DNA of 64,000 bases from Hydrurus foetidus (GCA_900617105.1 UYFQ01000006.1:310001-374000); one strand, 5' to 3'. Positions 8,894-20,881 are shown, counted from the stretch's first letter. The notes: generated by a model from the sequence alone, not told the origin. Numbers and translations are program-made.

Positions 8894-10920
8894 GATGGGG
8901 TGATGACGGCTGGCGGTTGCTGGAAGGGAACCGTCAGGATAAACCGTGTTCCCTGGCCTTCTTCCCCCGCTTTGCTTTTCATGCGGACTTGGCCGCCGTG
9001 CAAGGTGGCAATTCGGTCTACCAGGGCCAGCCCGAGTCCAGCGCCGGGTTTGCCTTCGGCGGCCCGGCCGCGTCGGTATTTGTGAAAGATAACGGCAGCT
9101 TCTTCTGCAGGGATGCCCGTGCCGTAGTCCCTCACCTCGAAGCTGCATTGCGCGTCGTCCTGCCACACGCGCACGTCCACCGTGCTGCCGGCGGGCGAGT
9201 ATTTGAAGGCGTTGGACAGCAAATTGGTCAGCGCGATCCGCAGCAGCACTTCGTCGCCCACCAAGGTAGGCAAGGCTGGCGCGGTAGTGACGTTCACCAC
9301 ATGCCCGGTGGACAGTTGCGAGCTGCTTTCGACGACCCAGGACACCATGCGTTCCACGTCAATCTCCGAGGCTTGCAAGGCAAAGTGATGGCTGTCGATG
9401 CGGTCCTGGGTCAGGCAATTGTCAAAAAAGGTGCTGAGCCGGGTGGTGCCACGCCGAATCCGTTCAATCACCAGCAATTGCGGAGGATGGTCTTTGAGCC
9501 GAAATGACAGCAGTTGCGCCGCAGTGTCGATGGCGGCCAGCGGGGAGCGCACTTCGTGCGACAGCATGGCGATGAACTGGCGCTCGTCGGTCAGCGCTTG
9601 GGCGATGACGGCCAGCGCGTATTCCAACTCCGCCGTTCGTTGCGCGACCTCATGACTCAAGTTTTCGGCGTCTTTCTGGAGATGGCGCGCCATGTAGCCC
9701 ATGGCTTCAGACAGCGAAATCAGCTCTCGAATAGGGCTGGTTTTGGGCGCGGTGGCGGTTAAATCCCCGGTGGTCAGCCGCGCCGCCCAGGCGCTCAACA
9801 AGGCCAGAGGTTCCACCATGCGGTTGGCGACAAAAAAGGCAAAAAATACCGAGGCCAGCATCACCGCCAAGGTCAAATACACCACGTTGCGCAGCACGCC
9901 CCGCATCGGCGTGTTGAATTGGCTCTCAGGCAAGACCACGCCCAAGGTCAACTCAGGGCCATGGTTGAGTTGATGCGTCCACCACCGCGCAAGGTGGCGC
10001 TCACCCTTCACATCGATGTAGCGGGTGCCTTCGACTTTGGCACTGTCGCGAATCACTTCCCCCACCGTGCGCAAAATCGGATTCAGGCTCTCGGCCGTCT
10101 TGACGCGGTAGTCATTTTTGTGGGTGTCTGTGTGAAAACTGGACTCCGAGGTGGAGGTTGCGAGCAGCTCGCCACCCGAATCAGCCAAGAAGGCCACGCC
10201 GCCCGATTCTTTGGACACCGATTTTAAAAAATTGCTGACTTGGGACAAAGCGACATCGGCGGTGACGACGCCGATCCACGTCCCTTTTTCATTGAAGACG
10301 GGGGCCGAAACCCCCATGCCCATATCGGCGTAGGCACCTTGCACATCATTGATTTGGTAGCGATACGGGGCATACCAAGAGGTTCCGCCGTTCCAAAGGG
10401 CGGACTTGTACCAAGGGCGATTTCGCGCGTCGTAATGGGCGTTGCTGCGCGACAGGCTGGCGCCGCGCTGGTTGGCGTCGTTCACACGAAAGACTTCCAT
10501 GTGCCGCTGATCCGTGATGCGTGCGCGGAGCATGCGAAGGTCTTTTTCTTCGCCCAAGGGCGGACGGCTGCCCGCGAAATACTGGCCGTCAGTCAAGCCC
10601 ATGGAGACGAACGAGAGTTCCGGCTGCTGGCGGATTTGCAAGAGGAACTGGCGCATCAACTCTTCTTGGTCGCCCCAGCGCAAATAGCCCGCCCTGGCTT
10701 GCGCCACGTTGAAGTCAACGACACGGCGGGGCACATCGAAAAAGGTGATGATTTTTTCACGCACCCGGCCCGAAACCTCGTCGGCAATCTGCTGTGCGAA
10801 TTCCTCCGTCGCATGCTGGGCCGAACGGTAATACACCCAGCCGCTGGCCATCACGATAGGCAGCAGCAGGGCCAGCAGCGCGCCGATGAGGAAGGTGCGA
10901 AGTGCAATCGGCCTAAGCAT
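8890..10920 (-). CDS. Sensor histidine kinase (periplasmic Cache-like sensor, HAMP, HisKA, HATPase)
   Basis: Two TM segments, YDARNRPWY Cache motif, SHEVRSPL H-box, NLLSNAFKYS, DYGTGI, GAGLGLA. Confidence 0.92.
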   Translation of the reverse strand: MLRPIALRTFLIGALLALLLPIVMASGWVYYRSAQHATEEFAQQIADEVSGRVREKIITFFDVPRRVVDFNVAQARAGYLRWGDQEELMRQFLLQIRQQPELSFVSMGLTDGQYFAGSRPPLGEEKDLRMLRARITDQRHMEVFRVNDANQRGASLSRSNAHYDARNRPWYKSALWNGGTSWYAPYRYQINDVQGAYADMGMGVSAPVFNEKGTWIGVVTADVALSQVSNFLKSVSKESGGVAFLADSGGELLATSTSESSFHTDTHKNDYRVKTAESLNPILRTVGEVIRDSAKVEGTRYIDVKGERHLARWWTHQLNHGPELTLGVVLPESQFNTPMRGVLRNVVYLTLAVMLASVFFAFFVANRMVEPLALLSAWAARLTTGDLTATAPKTSPIRELISLSEAMGYMARHLQKDAENLSHEVAQRTAELEYALAVIAQALTDERQFIAMLSHEVRSPLAAIDTAAQLLSFRLKDHPPQLLVIERIRRGTTRLSTFFDNCLTQDRIDSHHFALQASEIDVERMVSWVVESSSQLSTGHVVNVTTAPALPTLVGDEVLLRIALTNLLSNAFKYSPAGSTVDVRVWQDDAQCSFEVRDYGTGIPAEEAAVIFHKYRRGRAAEGKPGAGLGLALVDRIATLHGGQVRMKSKAGEEGQGTRFILTVPFQQPPAVITPS

Positions 10921-10935
10921 TCGCAAACCTGTGTG

Positions 10936-12183
10936 TCAGACCACCCCCGCCCGCTCCATCATCGCATGCAGCAGCACATTCCCCCCCGCCGTGATGTGCT
11001 CCGGCTTCGCATCCTCAATTTCGTTATGGCTGATCCCGTCCTTGCAAGGGATAAAAATCATGCCACTGGGGGCCAGTTTGGCCATGTAGATCGCGTCATG
11101 CCCGGCACCTGACACCACGGGCATGTTGCTGTAGCCCAGTTTTTTGGCGGCCCGCGCCACCGCATCAATGCAGTCAGCGTGAAAGCCGATGGCTGAGTAG
11201 CTCGACACCATCTGAATCTGGATTCCAAAACCAGACTCTGCGCTGAGTTTGGCGGCGTAGGCTTTGACTTCACCTGCCATCGTATCCACCAGCGCATCGG
11301 TGGCGTTGCGCAAGTCGATGCTGAATTTCACGCGGCCTGGGATCACGTTGCGGCTGTTGGGGAAGACCTGCACCATGCCCACGGTGCCGCGTCCGTGCGG
11401 GGGGTGGCGCAGGGCGCTGGCGACGACTTCTTGCATCAAATGGGTGGCGACTTGGAGCGCGTCTTTGCGCAGCGCCATCGGGGTGGGGCCAGCGTGGGCT
11501 TCCATGCCGGTGACGGTGCAGTCAAACCAGCGGATGCCGAGCACGCCTTGCACCACGCCTATGGTCACGTCGTTGTCTTCGAGTACCGGGCCTTGTTCGA
11601 TGTGGGTTTCGAAGTACGCACCGATGGGGTGGTCACCGGGTTCTTGCTCGCCGATGTAGCCGATGCGGGCCAACTCACTTTGGACGCTTTTGCCCTCGGT
11701 GTCGGTTGCGGCGTAGGCGTGTTCCAGGGTGAAGGCTTTGGCGAACACGCCGGAGCCCATCATCACGGGGACGAAGCGCGAGCCTTCTTCGTTTGTCCAC
11801 CAGGCGACTTCAATGGGGGCTTCGGTTTCGATGTTGTGGTCGTTCAAGGTACGCACCACCTCCAAGCCCGCCAATACGCCGTAGTTGCCGTCGAACTTGC
11901 CGCCTGTGGGCTGGGTGTCGATGTGGCTGCCAGTCATGATGGGGGGCAGGCTGTTGTTGCGCCCTGCGCGGCGCATGAAGCCGTTGCCAATTTTGTCGAT
12001 GGTGACGGTCATGCCTGCTTCGATGGCCCAGCGGCTGACCAAGTCGCGACCTTGTTTGTCCAGGTCGGTCAGAGTGAGGCGGCACACACCGCCTTTGGGC
12101 GTGGCACCAATCTGGGCCAGCTCCATCAGGCTGTCCCACAGACGGGGGCCGTTGATGCGAAGATTGGTGATATCGGTGCTCAT
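10936..12183 (-). CDS. M20-family Zn-dependent hydrolase (beta-ureidopropionase / N-carbamoyl-beta-alanine amidohydrolase)
   Basis: GSHIDTQPTGGKFDG, NEEGSRF, HIEQGP, SGAGHDA, GISHNEIE; in an operon with preTA and hydA. Confidence 0.92.
   Translation of the reverse strand: MSTDITNLRINGPRLWDSLMELAQIGATPKGGVCRLTLTDLDKQGRDLVSRWAIEAGMTVTIDKIGNGFMRRAGRNNSLPPIMTGSHIDTQPTGGKFDGNYGVLAGLEVVRTLNDHNIETEAPIEVAWWTNEEGSRFVPVMMGSGVFAKAFTLEHAYAATDTEGKSVQSELARIGYIGEQEPGDHPIGAYFETHIEQGPVLEDNDVTIGVVQGVLGIRWFDCTVTGMEAHAGPTPMALRKDALQVATHLMQEVVASALRHPPHGRGTVGMVQVFPNSRNVIPGRVKFSIDLRNATDALVDTMAGEVKAYAAKLSAESGFGIQIQMVSSYSAIGFHADCIDAVARAAKKLGYSNMPVVSGAGHDAIYMAKLAPSGMIFIPCKDGISHNEIEDAKPEHITAGGNVLLHAMMERAGVV
11347..12159. 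repeat. Direct repeat copy B of 1..813
   Basis: See copy A; offset 11346. Confidence 0.95.
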
Positions 12184-13466
12184 GGGGTGCTCCTGGTAGG
12201 CATGAAAGTGGTACTGGCCGGGCGGTCTGGCAGGTTTAATTGGGTCTGTGCAGGCGCACTGCTGGCGATGCACTTGCCGCGTCGGTACACGGCCAGGCGC
12301 GTGGCACGCAGGCGGATGGCCTCGATGGGATCAAGCGCTTGGAGCAGGACAAAATCGGCATAGCAGCCGACATTCAAGCCATAACCTGGCAGGTGCAGCA
12401 CGCGCGCGGCGTTGGTCGTAACCGCATCAAAGCATTGGCGCATGGCAGCCTGCGAGGTCATTTGCCCCACATGCAGGCCCATGTGGGCAACTTCCAACAT
12501 ATCGCCTGAGCCCAGGCTGTACCAGGGGTCCATGACGCAGTCATGCCCGAAGGCAACATTGATACCCATGGCCAGCTGCTCCGGCACGCGCGTCATGCCA
12601 CGGCGCTTGGGGTAGCTGTCGTGACGACCTTGCAGCGTGATGTTGATGAGGGGGTTGGCCACCACATGCAGCTGGGCCTCGGCCATCAGTGGCAAGAGCT
12701 TCGACACATAGTAGTTGTCCATGCTGTGCATGGAGGTCAGGTGCGAACCGGTGACGCGACCATGCAAACCCAGGCGCTGGGTTTCGTAAGCCAAGGTTTC
12801 AACATGGCGTGACAGCGGGTCGTCGGACTCATCGCAATGCATATCAACCAGCAGGCCACGCTCCACCGCCAGTTCGCACAAGCGCTTTATGCTGCTGGCA
12901 CCGTCCGCCATCGTGCGCTCAAAGTGAGGTATGCCACCGACCACCTCTACGCCCAAATCCAGCGCACGCAGCATATTCGCCCATGCCGTTGGCGCACGCA
13001 ATACGCCGTCTTGCGGAAAAGCGACCAACTGCACATCCAAGTAGGGCGCGACGCGGCGCTTGACCTCCAACAAAGCTTGCACCGCCAGCAGGCGGTCGTC
13101 GCAAATATCGACATGGCTGCGTATCGCCAGCAAGCCCCGAGCGACGGCCCAATCGCAATACCGCATAGCGCGCTCAACCAGAGCGTCAAAGGTAAGTTGT
13201 GGTTTGAGTTCGCCCCACAATGCAATACCCTCCAACAGCGTGCCACTCTGGTTGACTCGCGGCAAGCCATAACTCAAGGTGGCGTCCATGTGGAAGTGCG
13301 CATCGACAAACGGCGGACTCAGCATGTAGCCTTGAGCGTCCACCCGTTCATGCGCTGAGGCCATCAGCCCAGCACTGACTTCAACAATCTGGCCATCACG
13401 CACAGCGATGGACATGTCAGAGCGACCATCGGGCAACCGGGCGTTATGGATGAGAAGATCCAACAT
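12180..13466 (-). CDS. codA: Cytosine deaminase-like amidohydrolase
   Basis: FVDAHFHMD, VAFPQDG, GGIPHFE, DMHCDE, GSHLTSMHS, FGHDCVMDPWY match bacterial CodA. Confidence 0.85.
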   Translation of the reverse strand: MLDLLIHNARLPDGRSDMSIAVRDGQIVEVSAGLMASAHERVDAQGYMLSPPFVDAHFHMDATLSYGLPRVNQSGTLLEGIALWGELKPQLTFDALVERAMRYCDWAVARGLLAIRSHVDICDDRLLAVQALLEVKRRVAPYLDVQLVAFPQDGVLRAPTAWANMLRALDLGVEVVGGIPHFERTMADGASSIKRLCELAVERGLLVDMHCDESDDPLSRHVETLAYETQRLGLHGRVTGSHLTSMHSMDNYYVSKLLPLMAEAQLHVVANPLINITLQGRHDSYPKRRGMTRVPEQLAMGINVAFGHDCVMDPWYSLGSGDMLEVAHMGLHVGQMTSQAAMRQCFDAVTTNAARVLHLPGYGLNVGCYADFVLLQALDPIEAIRLRATRLAVYRRGKCIASSAPAQTQLNLPDRPASTTFMPTRSTP

Positions 13467-14390
13467 TCAGCGTTCACCTTTGCGATAAGGCTTCATCAAA
13501 GCCTGAGGATAGCTGGCCTTACGTGCAACAGCAATCAAGGCCAGGATGGAAAGGCCATAAGGCAGCATCAAATAAAGTTGATAAGGAAGGGCCGCACCGC
13601 TCGACTGTTGCAAGCGCAGTTGCAAAGCATCGAAAAAAGCGAAGAGCAAAGCGCCCAGCAGTGCTTTGCCGGGCCGCCAAGAGGCGAACACCACCAAGGC
13701 GATGCAAATCCAGCCCCGGCCATTGACCATGTTGAAGAAAAAGGCGTTGAAAGCCGACAGCGTTAGAAATGCCCCGGCCACGCCCATCAGACCAGAGCCC
13801 AGCATCACCGAGCCAGTACGTATGGCCACTACCGACAGGCCCTGGCCCTCAGCTGCCTGCGGGTTCTCTCCCACCATGCGCACCGCCAAACCCACCGGCG
13901 TACGGTAAAGCACATAAGCTGTAAGCCCCACTGCGGCCAGTGCCAGCAATGTCAATGGCGTTTGCTGTGCCAAGATGGGTACACCCAGGTCATGCATTTC
14001 TGCAAACGGATGAATGGTGGGCGGTGAAGTTACCTTGGGAAAGCTGACGCGGTAGCCGTAATAGCTCAGCGACGAAGCAAGCAGTGTCAACCCCAGACCT
14101 GACACATGCTGTGACAGGCCCAGACTCACGGTCAACAGGGCGTGTACCCAGCCCAAGGCTGCGCCGACCATGGCCGCCACAGCAATTCCGCCCCATAGCG
14201 AAGCCCCGTTGTAGACCGCAAGCCAGCCAGTGAATGCCCCAGCCACCATGATGCCCTCGATGCCTAAGTTCAATACGCCCGCGCGTTCGCACCATAGAAC
14301 GCCCAAAGTACCCAGAATCAAAGGCGTGGCGATGCGCAGCACAGCGACCCAAAACGAGGGGTTGGTCAAAATATCGAGCAGATCGGTCAT
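13467..14390 (-). CDS. Nucleoside/simple-sugar ABC transporter permease
   Basis: ERAGVLNLGIEG, GENPQAA, GRGWICIA, P-ALMKPY C-terminus. Confidence 0.9.
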   Translation of the reverse strand: MTDLLDILTNPSFWVAVLRIATPLILGTLGVLWCERAGVLNLGIEGIMVAGAFTGWLAVYNGASLWGGIAVAAMVGAALGWVHALLTVSLGLSQHVSGLGLTLLASSLSYYGYRVSFPKVTSPPTIHPFAEMHDLGVPILAQQTPLTLLALAAVGLTAYVLYRTPVGLAVRMVGENPQAAEGQGLSVVAIRTGSVMLGSGLMGVAGAFLTLSAFNAFFFNMVNGRGWICIALVVFASWRPGKALLGALLFAFFDALQLRLQQSSGAALPYQLYLMLPYGLSILALIAVARKASYPQALMKPYRKGER

Positions 14391-15448
14391 TTCAAGCGCA
14401 CCCGGTACTGCGTCATCATCGACGCCACCAACACAGACAACAACGACACCGCGACGATGACATCAGCGATATAGGTTGGCACGCCGATGACGCGGCTCAT
14501 GCTGTCGGCACCGACCAAAATACCGGCAACGAAGATGCTGGCGGCGATCACGGCCAAAGGATGGAGGGCTGCGAGCATGGCAATGACGATGCCGGTGTAG
14601 CCATAGCCGGGCGACATGTCCAGCGTGACATAGCCGGTGCGGCCAGCGACTTCGATGGCACCGGCCAAACCAGCCATGCCACCCGAGAGCAATGCCACCC
14701 AGAGCACGGTGCGCAGCACCGGCACACCGACAAAGTGCGCTGCACGCGGGTTGGCACCCAAGGCTCGGATGTCAAAGCCCAGCACCGTGTGTTTGAGCAG
14801 CAACCACAACATGAATGCCAAGCTGCACGACCACAGGAGGCCGGTGTGGACGCGGGTTTGTGGGATCAGTTTGGCCAGACCCAACTCATCCATCAACGCC
14901 ACACTTTGCGGCCAGCCCATGGCACCGGGGTCTTTCATGGGGCCATCGAGCATCAGTGACACCATGAGCAACATCATGAAGTTCAACAGCAGAGTGGTCA
15001 CAACCTCGTCTACGCCCATGCGTGCCTTGAGCAACGCCGGGCCCAGCAGCAGCAGGGCACCGGCCAGGGCTGCTGCGAGCATCGTCAAGATGAACAGCAG
15101 TGGCGCAGGCAGAGCCCAGCCCGTGCCACCATGCAAGCCACCCACGGCCACCGCTGCCAGGGCACCAGCATAAAGCTGGCCCTCGGCACCGATGTTGAAC
15201 AGCTTAGCGCGAAAAGCCACGGTGGCGGCGAGACCGGTCAGCATCAGGGGGATAGCGCGCGTCAGGGTTTCGCTCCAGGCAAACACCGAGCCAAAACCGC
15301 CGCTGAACATCAGGCCATAGGTTTGAGTGACCGGCGCACCAGCCCACAGCACCAGCAAGCTGCTGATGAGCAGGGTAAAACCAAGGGCGGCCAAGGGGGC
15401 CAGCAGCAAGGCTCGCGTGGATTGCTGGCTGCGTTTTTCTAAGCGCAT
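14387..15448 (-). CDS. Nucleoside/simple-sugar ABC transporter permease
   Basis: FNIGAEGQ, DEVVTTLLLN, GYGYTGIVIA; start MRLEKR. Confidence 0.9.
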   Translation of the reverse strand: MRLEKRSQQSTRALLLAPLAALGFTLLISSLLVLWAGAPVTQTYGLMFSGGFGSVFAWSETLTRAIPLMLTGLAATVAFRAKLFNIGAEGQLYAGALAAVAVGGLHGGTGWALPAPLLFILTMLAAALAGALLLLGPALLKARMGVDEVVTTLLLNFMMLLMVSLMLDGPMKDPGAMGWPQSVALMDELGLAKLIPQTRVHTGLLWSCSLAFMLWLLLKHTVLGFDIRALGANPRAAHFVGVPVLRTVLWVALLSGGMAGLAGAIEVAGRTGYVTLDMSPGYGYTGIVIAMLAALHPLAVIAASIFVAGILVGADSMSRVIGVPTYIADVIVAVSLLSVLVASMMTQYRVRLK

Positions 15449-17025
15449 GCGAGTTCCTCGGCTTGCTCTGCGCCAGCCATGGCTAAACCAATGGTGGTGC
15501 GTGTCCATGCCGCAGCAGGGCGGGGAGCGGTCAAATGGCCAGAGTGAATCACGGCGATGTGATCGCCCATCAGCATCACCTCGTTCAAGTCATCCGAGAT
15601 GATGAGCACTGCCGCACCGGCATCACGCGCAGCCAGCAGTTGGGCCTGAACAAAGGTGACGGCACCAATATCCAAGCCCCAAGTAGGCTGATGGGCCACG
15701 ATAAGAACCGGCCACTGAGGAGCCTCAGCCTTGTCCCCTCGCCCCTCTGGGGTGAGGGTGGGCGCCATCAAAGCTCGCCCCAAAATCAGTTTTTGCATAT
15801 TCCCTCCCGACAGTGCCCGTGCAGCGACCAAGGCACCACCACCGCGCACGTCAAATTTTTCGACCACAGCCTGGGTGTAGGCCTGCGCCGCCTGCGCCTT
15901 GATCCAACCATAGTGCGAAAAGGCCGGCGTGCGCAAACGTTCGGCGACAGCGTTTTGCCACAGTGGCAGATCGCCAACAACACCCACAGCCTGACGATCT
16001 TCCGGGATACGTGCCACGCCCAAGGCCGTGAGGCATGCGGGTTGCAGCGGCATGGGCTGGCCGAGCAAGGTCACGCGGCCGCCGCTGGCCTGTACGGTGC
16101 CGCACAGCAGCCCCGCCAGACTGGCCTGACCATTGCCCGAAATTCCGGCGATGGCAACAATTTCTCCAGCACGCAACGTCAGATTGATGCCGTGCAATCG
16201 CTCGCGCCCGTGCCCTGCTTGCACCTCGTGCAGCACGCACACCGCCGCACCTACAGCCGCTGCGGGCTGGCGCTGCGTGGTGTTGACGCTGTGGCCCACC
16301 ATCCATTGCGCCAACTGTGCAGCGTTGGTGTGGACGGTGGCGCTTTCAGCCACCAGCTTGCCAGCGCGCAACACCGCGACGCGGTGCGAGACGCGCATCA
16401 CCTCGTCCAATTTATGGCTGATAAAAATAATACTCAAGCCCACGGCAACCATCTGCGCCAGCACAGCAAACAAGGCCTCACTCTCCTGCGGTGTCAGCAC
16501 CGCTGTGGGCTCATCGAGGATCAGCACACGTGCGCCACGGTAAAGCGCTTTGAGAATCTCCACCCGCTGGCGCTCACCCACCGAAAGCTGGGAGACCAAG
16601 GCATCCGGCTCGACTCGCAAACCAAAGCGCGCACCGACTTCACTTAATTTGGTGCGTGCCTTGCTACGCTGAGTGCGCAGCGCCCAAAGTGACTCGCTGC
16701 CCAGCATGACGTTGTCCAACACCGACAGGTTGTCTGCCAGGGTGAAGTGCTGATGCACCATGCCAATCCCAGCCGCCAACGCGGCCTTGGGATCGCCGCC
16801 TCGCAAGGCTTGACCAAAGACTTCTATATGGCCGGCATCTGCGCTGTAATGACCAAACAAAATCGACATCAGCGTTGACTTGCCGGCACCGTTCTCACCC
16901 AGCAACGCCAGCACCTCACCGCTTTGCAGCGTGAGTGAAATGTCATCGTTCGCCACCAAACTGCCAAAACGCTTGCTGATGCCCGTCAATCGAAGCGCAG
17001 TTTGCACGCCTTCATGTGCCGTCAT
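15439..17025 (-). CDS. Nucleoside/simple-sugar ABC transporter ATP-binding protein (two NBDs)
   Basis: GENGAGKST, MVHQHF, LDEPTAVLT, LSGGNMQK, QPTWGLD. Confidence 0.92.
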   Translation of the reverse strand: MTAHEGVQTALRLTGISKRFGSLVANDDISLTLQSGEVLALLGENGAGKSTLMSILFGHYSADAGHIEVFGQALRGGDPKAALAAGIGMVHQHFTLADNLSVLDNVMLGSESLWALRTQRSKARTKLSEVGARFGLRVEPDALVSQLSVGERQRVEILKALYRGARVLILDEPTAVLTPQESEALFAVLAQMVAVGLSIIFISHKLDEVMRVSHRVAVLRAGKLVAESATVHTNAAQLAQWMVGHSVNTTQRQPAAAVGAAVCVLHEVQAGHGRERLHGINLTLRAGEIVAIAGISGNGQASLAGLLCGTVQASGGRVTLLGQPMPLQPACLTALGVARIPEDRQAVGVVGDLPLWQNAVAERLRTPAFSHYGWIKAQAAQAYTQAVVEKFDVRGGGALVAARALSGGNMQKLILGRALMAPTLTPEGRGDKAEAPQWPVLIVAHQPTWGLDIGAVTFVQAQLLAARDAGAAVLIISDDLNEVMLMGDHIAVIHSGHLTAPRPAAAWTRTTIGLAMAGAEQAEELACA

Positions 17026-18014
17026 TTCGCAGTCGATTTAGGTTGCCCGTCATTCACCTTGACGCTGAAGCTGCCGTCCAAAATCGCCTTCTCTTTGGCG
17101 CGCATTTTGGTGACCACTTCGGCAGGGATTTTTTTCTCGAACGTGCCCAAGGGAGCCAACGAGGAGCCCTTGTGCTTCATCATCGAATACGGGCCGTAGT
17201 CTTCAGCAACGAACTTACCTTCCTTGACCAACTTGATAGCACGGTCCGCCGAGGGCTCGAAGTGCCAAAGGGCGGAGGCGACCACGGTGTCGGGGTATTT
17301 GTCTTGGGTGTTGATGACGTTGCCGATCGCCAATTTGCCTTTTTCTTTGGCCGCATCACTGACACCAAAGCGCTCAGCGTAGAGGACATCGGCACCCTTG
17401 TCCATCATGGCAAAAGCGGCTTCCTTGGCTTTCGGTGGGTCAAACCAGCTGTTGATAAAGCTGATGCTGAATTCGATTTTCGGGTTGATCTCCAAGGCTC
17501 CGGCCATGAAGGCGTTCATCAGGCGGTTCACCTCGGGGATGGGGAAGCCGCCGACCATGCCAATCTTGCCGCTCTTGCTCATGCCACCAGCGACCATGCC
17601 CGACAGGTAGGCCGGTTCCTGGATGAAGTTATCGAACACGCTGAGGTTGGGAGCTTGGGGCTTGAGCGAAGAACCGAGCAAAAAGCTGACCTTGGGGAAG
17701 TCCTTTGCCACCTTGCGCGCAACGGCTTCAACGGCAAAGGCCTCACCAACGATCAACTGGTTGCCGCCCGAGGCGTATTCACGCATCACACGTTCGTAAT
17801 CAGCGTTGCTGACGTTTTCGCTGGCTTTGTATTCGATCTCGCCACGGCCCTCAGCCGCTTTTAACGCTTGGTGCAGGCGGCTGGCCCATTGCTGCTCAAA
17901 CGGCACGGTGTAGACCGCAGCAACCTTGAGTTTGGTTTGGGCAAAAACCGGCAGGCTGTTGGCGGCTAGCACAGCAGCAACTGAAAGGGCGATGACATGA
18001 CGACGGTTTGACAT
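17022..18014 (-). CDS. BMP-family (basic membrane protein) ABC substrate-binding protein
   Basis: Signal peptide, YLSGMVAG, KIGMVGG, SWFDPPKAKE, GADVLY. Confidence 0.88.
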   Translation of the reverse strand: MSNRRHVIALSVAAVLAANSLPVFAQTKLKVAAVYTVPFEQQWASRLHQALKAAEGRGEIEYKASENVSNADYERVMREYASGGNQLIVGEAFAVEAVARKVAKDFPKVSFLLGSSLKPQAPNLSVFDNFIQEPAYLSGMVAGGMSKSGKIGMVGGFPIPEVNRLMNAFMAGALEINPKIEFSISFINSWFDPPKAKEAAFAMMDKGADVLYAERFGVSDAAKEKGKLAIGNVINTQDKYPDTVVASALWHFEPSADRAIKLVKEGKFVAEDYGPYSMMKHKGSSLAPLGTFEKKIPAEVVTKMRAKEKAILDGSFSVKVNDGQPKSTAK

Positions 18015-18030
18015 GGTTACTCCAGTGGGT

Positions 18031-19536
<1,506 letters not shown>

Positions 19537-19567
19537 TTAAAAATAGCCTTTTTAAGCCTCTTTTGAG

Positions 19568-20881
19568 CTAAACCACCGCGCCAACCCGCATGGGGTTGTT
19601 CGGATGCGTCGTCCAGTCAGCGTGTTTATCGCTGACAACCCGCCCTGTACGCAAGTCTTTTTCGCCGGGTTTCAAGTCCCGCAGGCTGATGCACTCGGGC
19701 ACGGGGCAGACCAGCACGCACAGGTTACAGCCCACGCACTCGTCTTCCATCACTTCAAAGTGGCGTTTGCCGTCTTTCATGTGGGTGATGGCTTGGTGTG
19801 AGGTGTCTTCGCAGGCGATATGGCAGCGGCCACACGATATACAGGCATCCTGGTTGATGACGGCTTTGCTGATGTGGTTGAGGTTGATATTCTTCCAGTC
19901 CGTCACCGTCTTGACGGCACGGCCCCGGAAGTCTTCGATGCTGGTGAAGCCCTTGCTGTCCATGTAGTTCGACAAGCCATCGGCCATCTCTTGCACGATT
20001 TTGAAACCGAAGGTCATGGCGGCGGTGCAGACCTGCACGTTGCCTGCGCCCAACGCTATGTAATCAAGAGCATCACGCCAATTACCTACGCCGCCAATGC
20101 CGCTGATGGGCAGGCCAGCCGTCAGCGGGTCGCGGGCGATCTCGGCCACCATGTTCAGCGCGATAGGCTTCACTGCCGGGCCACAGTAGCCGCCGTGCGA
20201 GCCCATGCCGCCAGTGGTGGGGCTCATCAGCAAGGTATCGGGGTCTACGCCGATGATGGAATTGATGGTGTTGATGAGCGACACCGCATCCGCCCCGCCG
20301 CGCTTGGCGGCCCTGGCAGGCAGGCGCACGTCGGTGATGTTGGGCGTGAGTTTCACGATGACGGGAAGCCGGGAATACTGCTTGCACCACGCCGTGACCA
20401 TCTCGATGTACTCGGGCACTTGGCCCACCGCTGCGCCCATGCCGCGCTCGCTCATGCCGTGCGGGCAACCAAAATTGAGTTCAATGCCATCGCAACCGGT
20501 GTCTTCCACGCGGGGCAGGATGTCGCGCCAAGCTTGCTCTTCGCACGGCACCATGAGGGACACCACCATCGCACGGTCCGGCCAGTCGCGTTTGACTTGG
20601 GTGATTTCGCGCAGGTTCAACTCCAGATCACGGTCGGTAATCAGCTCGATGTTGTTGAAGCCCAGCATCCGCCGGTCGCTGGAGAGCAGCGCGCCATAGC
20701 GCGGGCCGTTCACATTCACGACAGGCGGCCCGGCTTGGCCCAGCGTCTTCCAGACCACCCCACCCCACCCGGCCTCGAAAGCGCGGATGACGTTGTAAGC
20801 CTTGTCGGTCGGCGGCGCAGAGGCCAGCCAAAAGGGGTTTGGCGAGGTGATGCCCGCGAAAGTAGTGGTGAGGTTGGCCAT
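19568..20881 (-). CDS. preA: NAD-dependent dihydropyrimidine dehydrogenase subunit PreA
   Basis: NPFWLASAPPTD, NNIELITDR, ELNFGCPHGMSERGMG, two C-terminal 4Fe-4S motifs (CISCGRC, CVGCNLC). Confidence 0.95.
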   Translation of the reverse strand: MANLTTTFAGITSPNPFWLASAPPTDKAYNVIRAFEAGWGGVVWKTLGQAGPPVVNVNGPRYGALLSSDRRMLGFNNIELITDRDLELNLREITQVKRDWPDRAMVVSLMVPCEEQAWRDILPRVEDTGCDGIELNFGCPHGMSERGMGAAVGQVPEYIEMVTAWCKQYSRLPVIVKLTPNITDVRLPARAAKRGGADAVSLINTINSIIGVDPDTLLMSPTTGGMGSHGGYCGPAVKPIALNMVAEIARDPLTAGLPISGIGGVGNWRDALDYIALGAGNVQVCTAAMTFGFKIVQEMADGLSNYMDSKGFTSIEDFRGRAVKTVTDWKNINLNHISKAVINQDACISCGRCHIACEDTSHQAITHMKDGKRHFEVMEDECVGCNLCVLVCPVPECISLRDLKPGEKDLRTGRVVSDKHADWTTHPNNPMRVGAVV

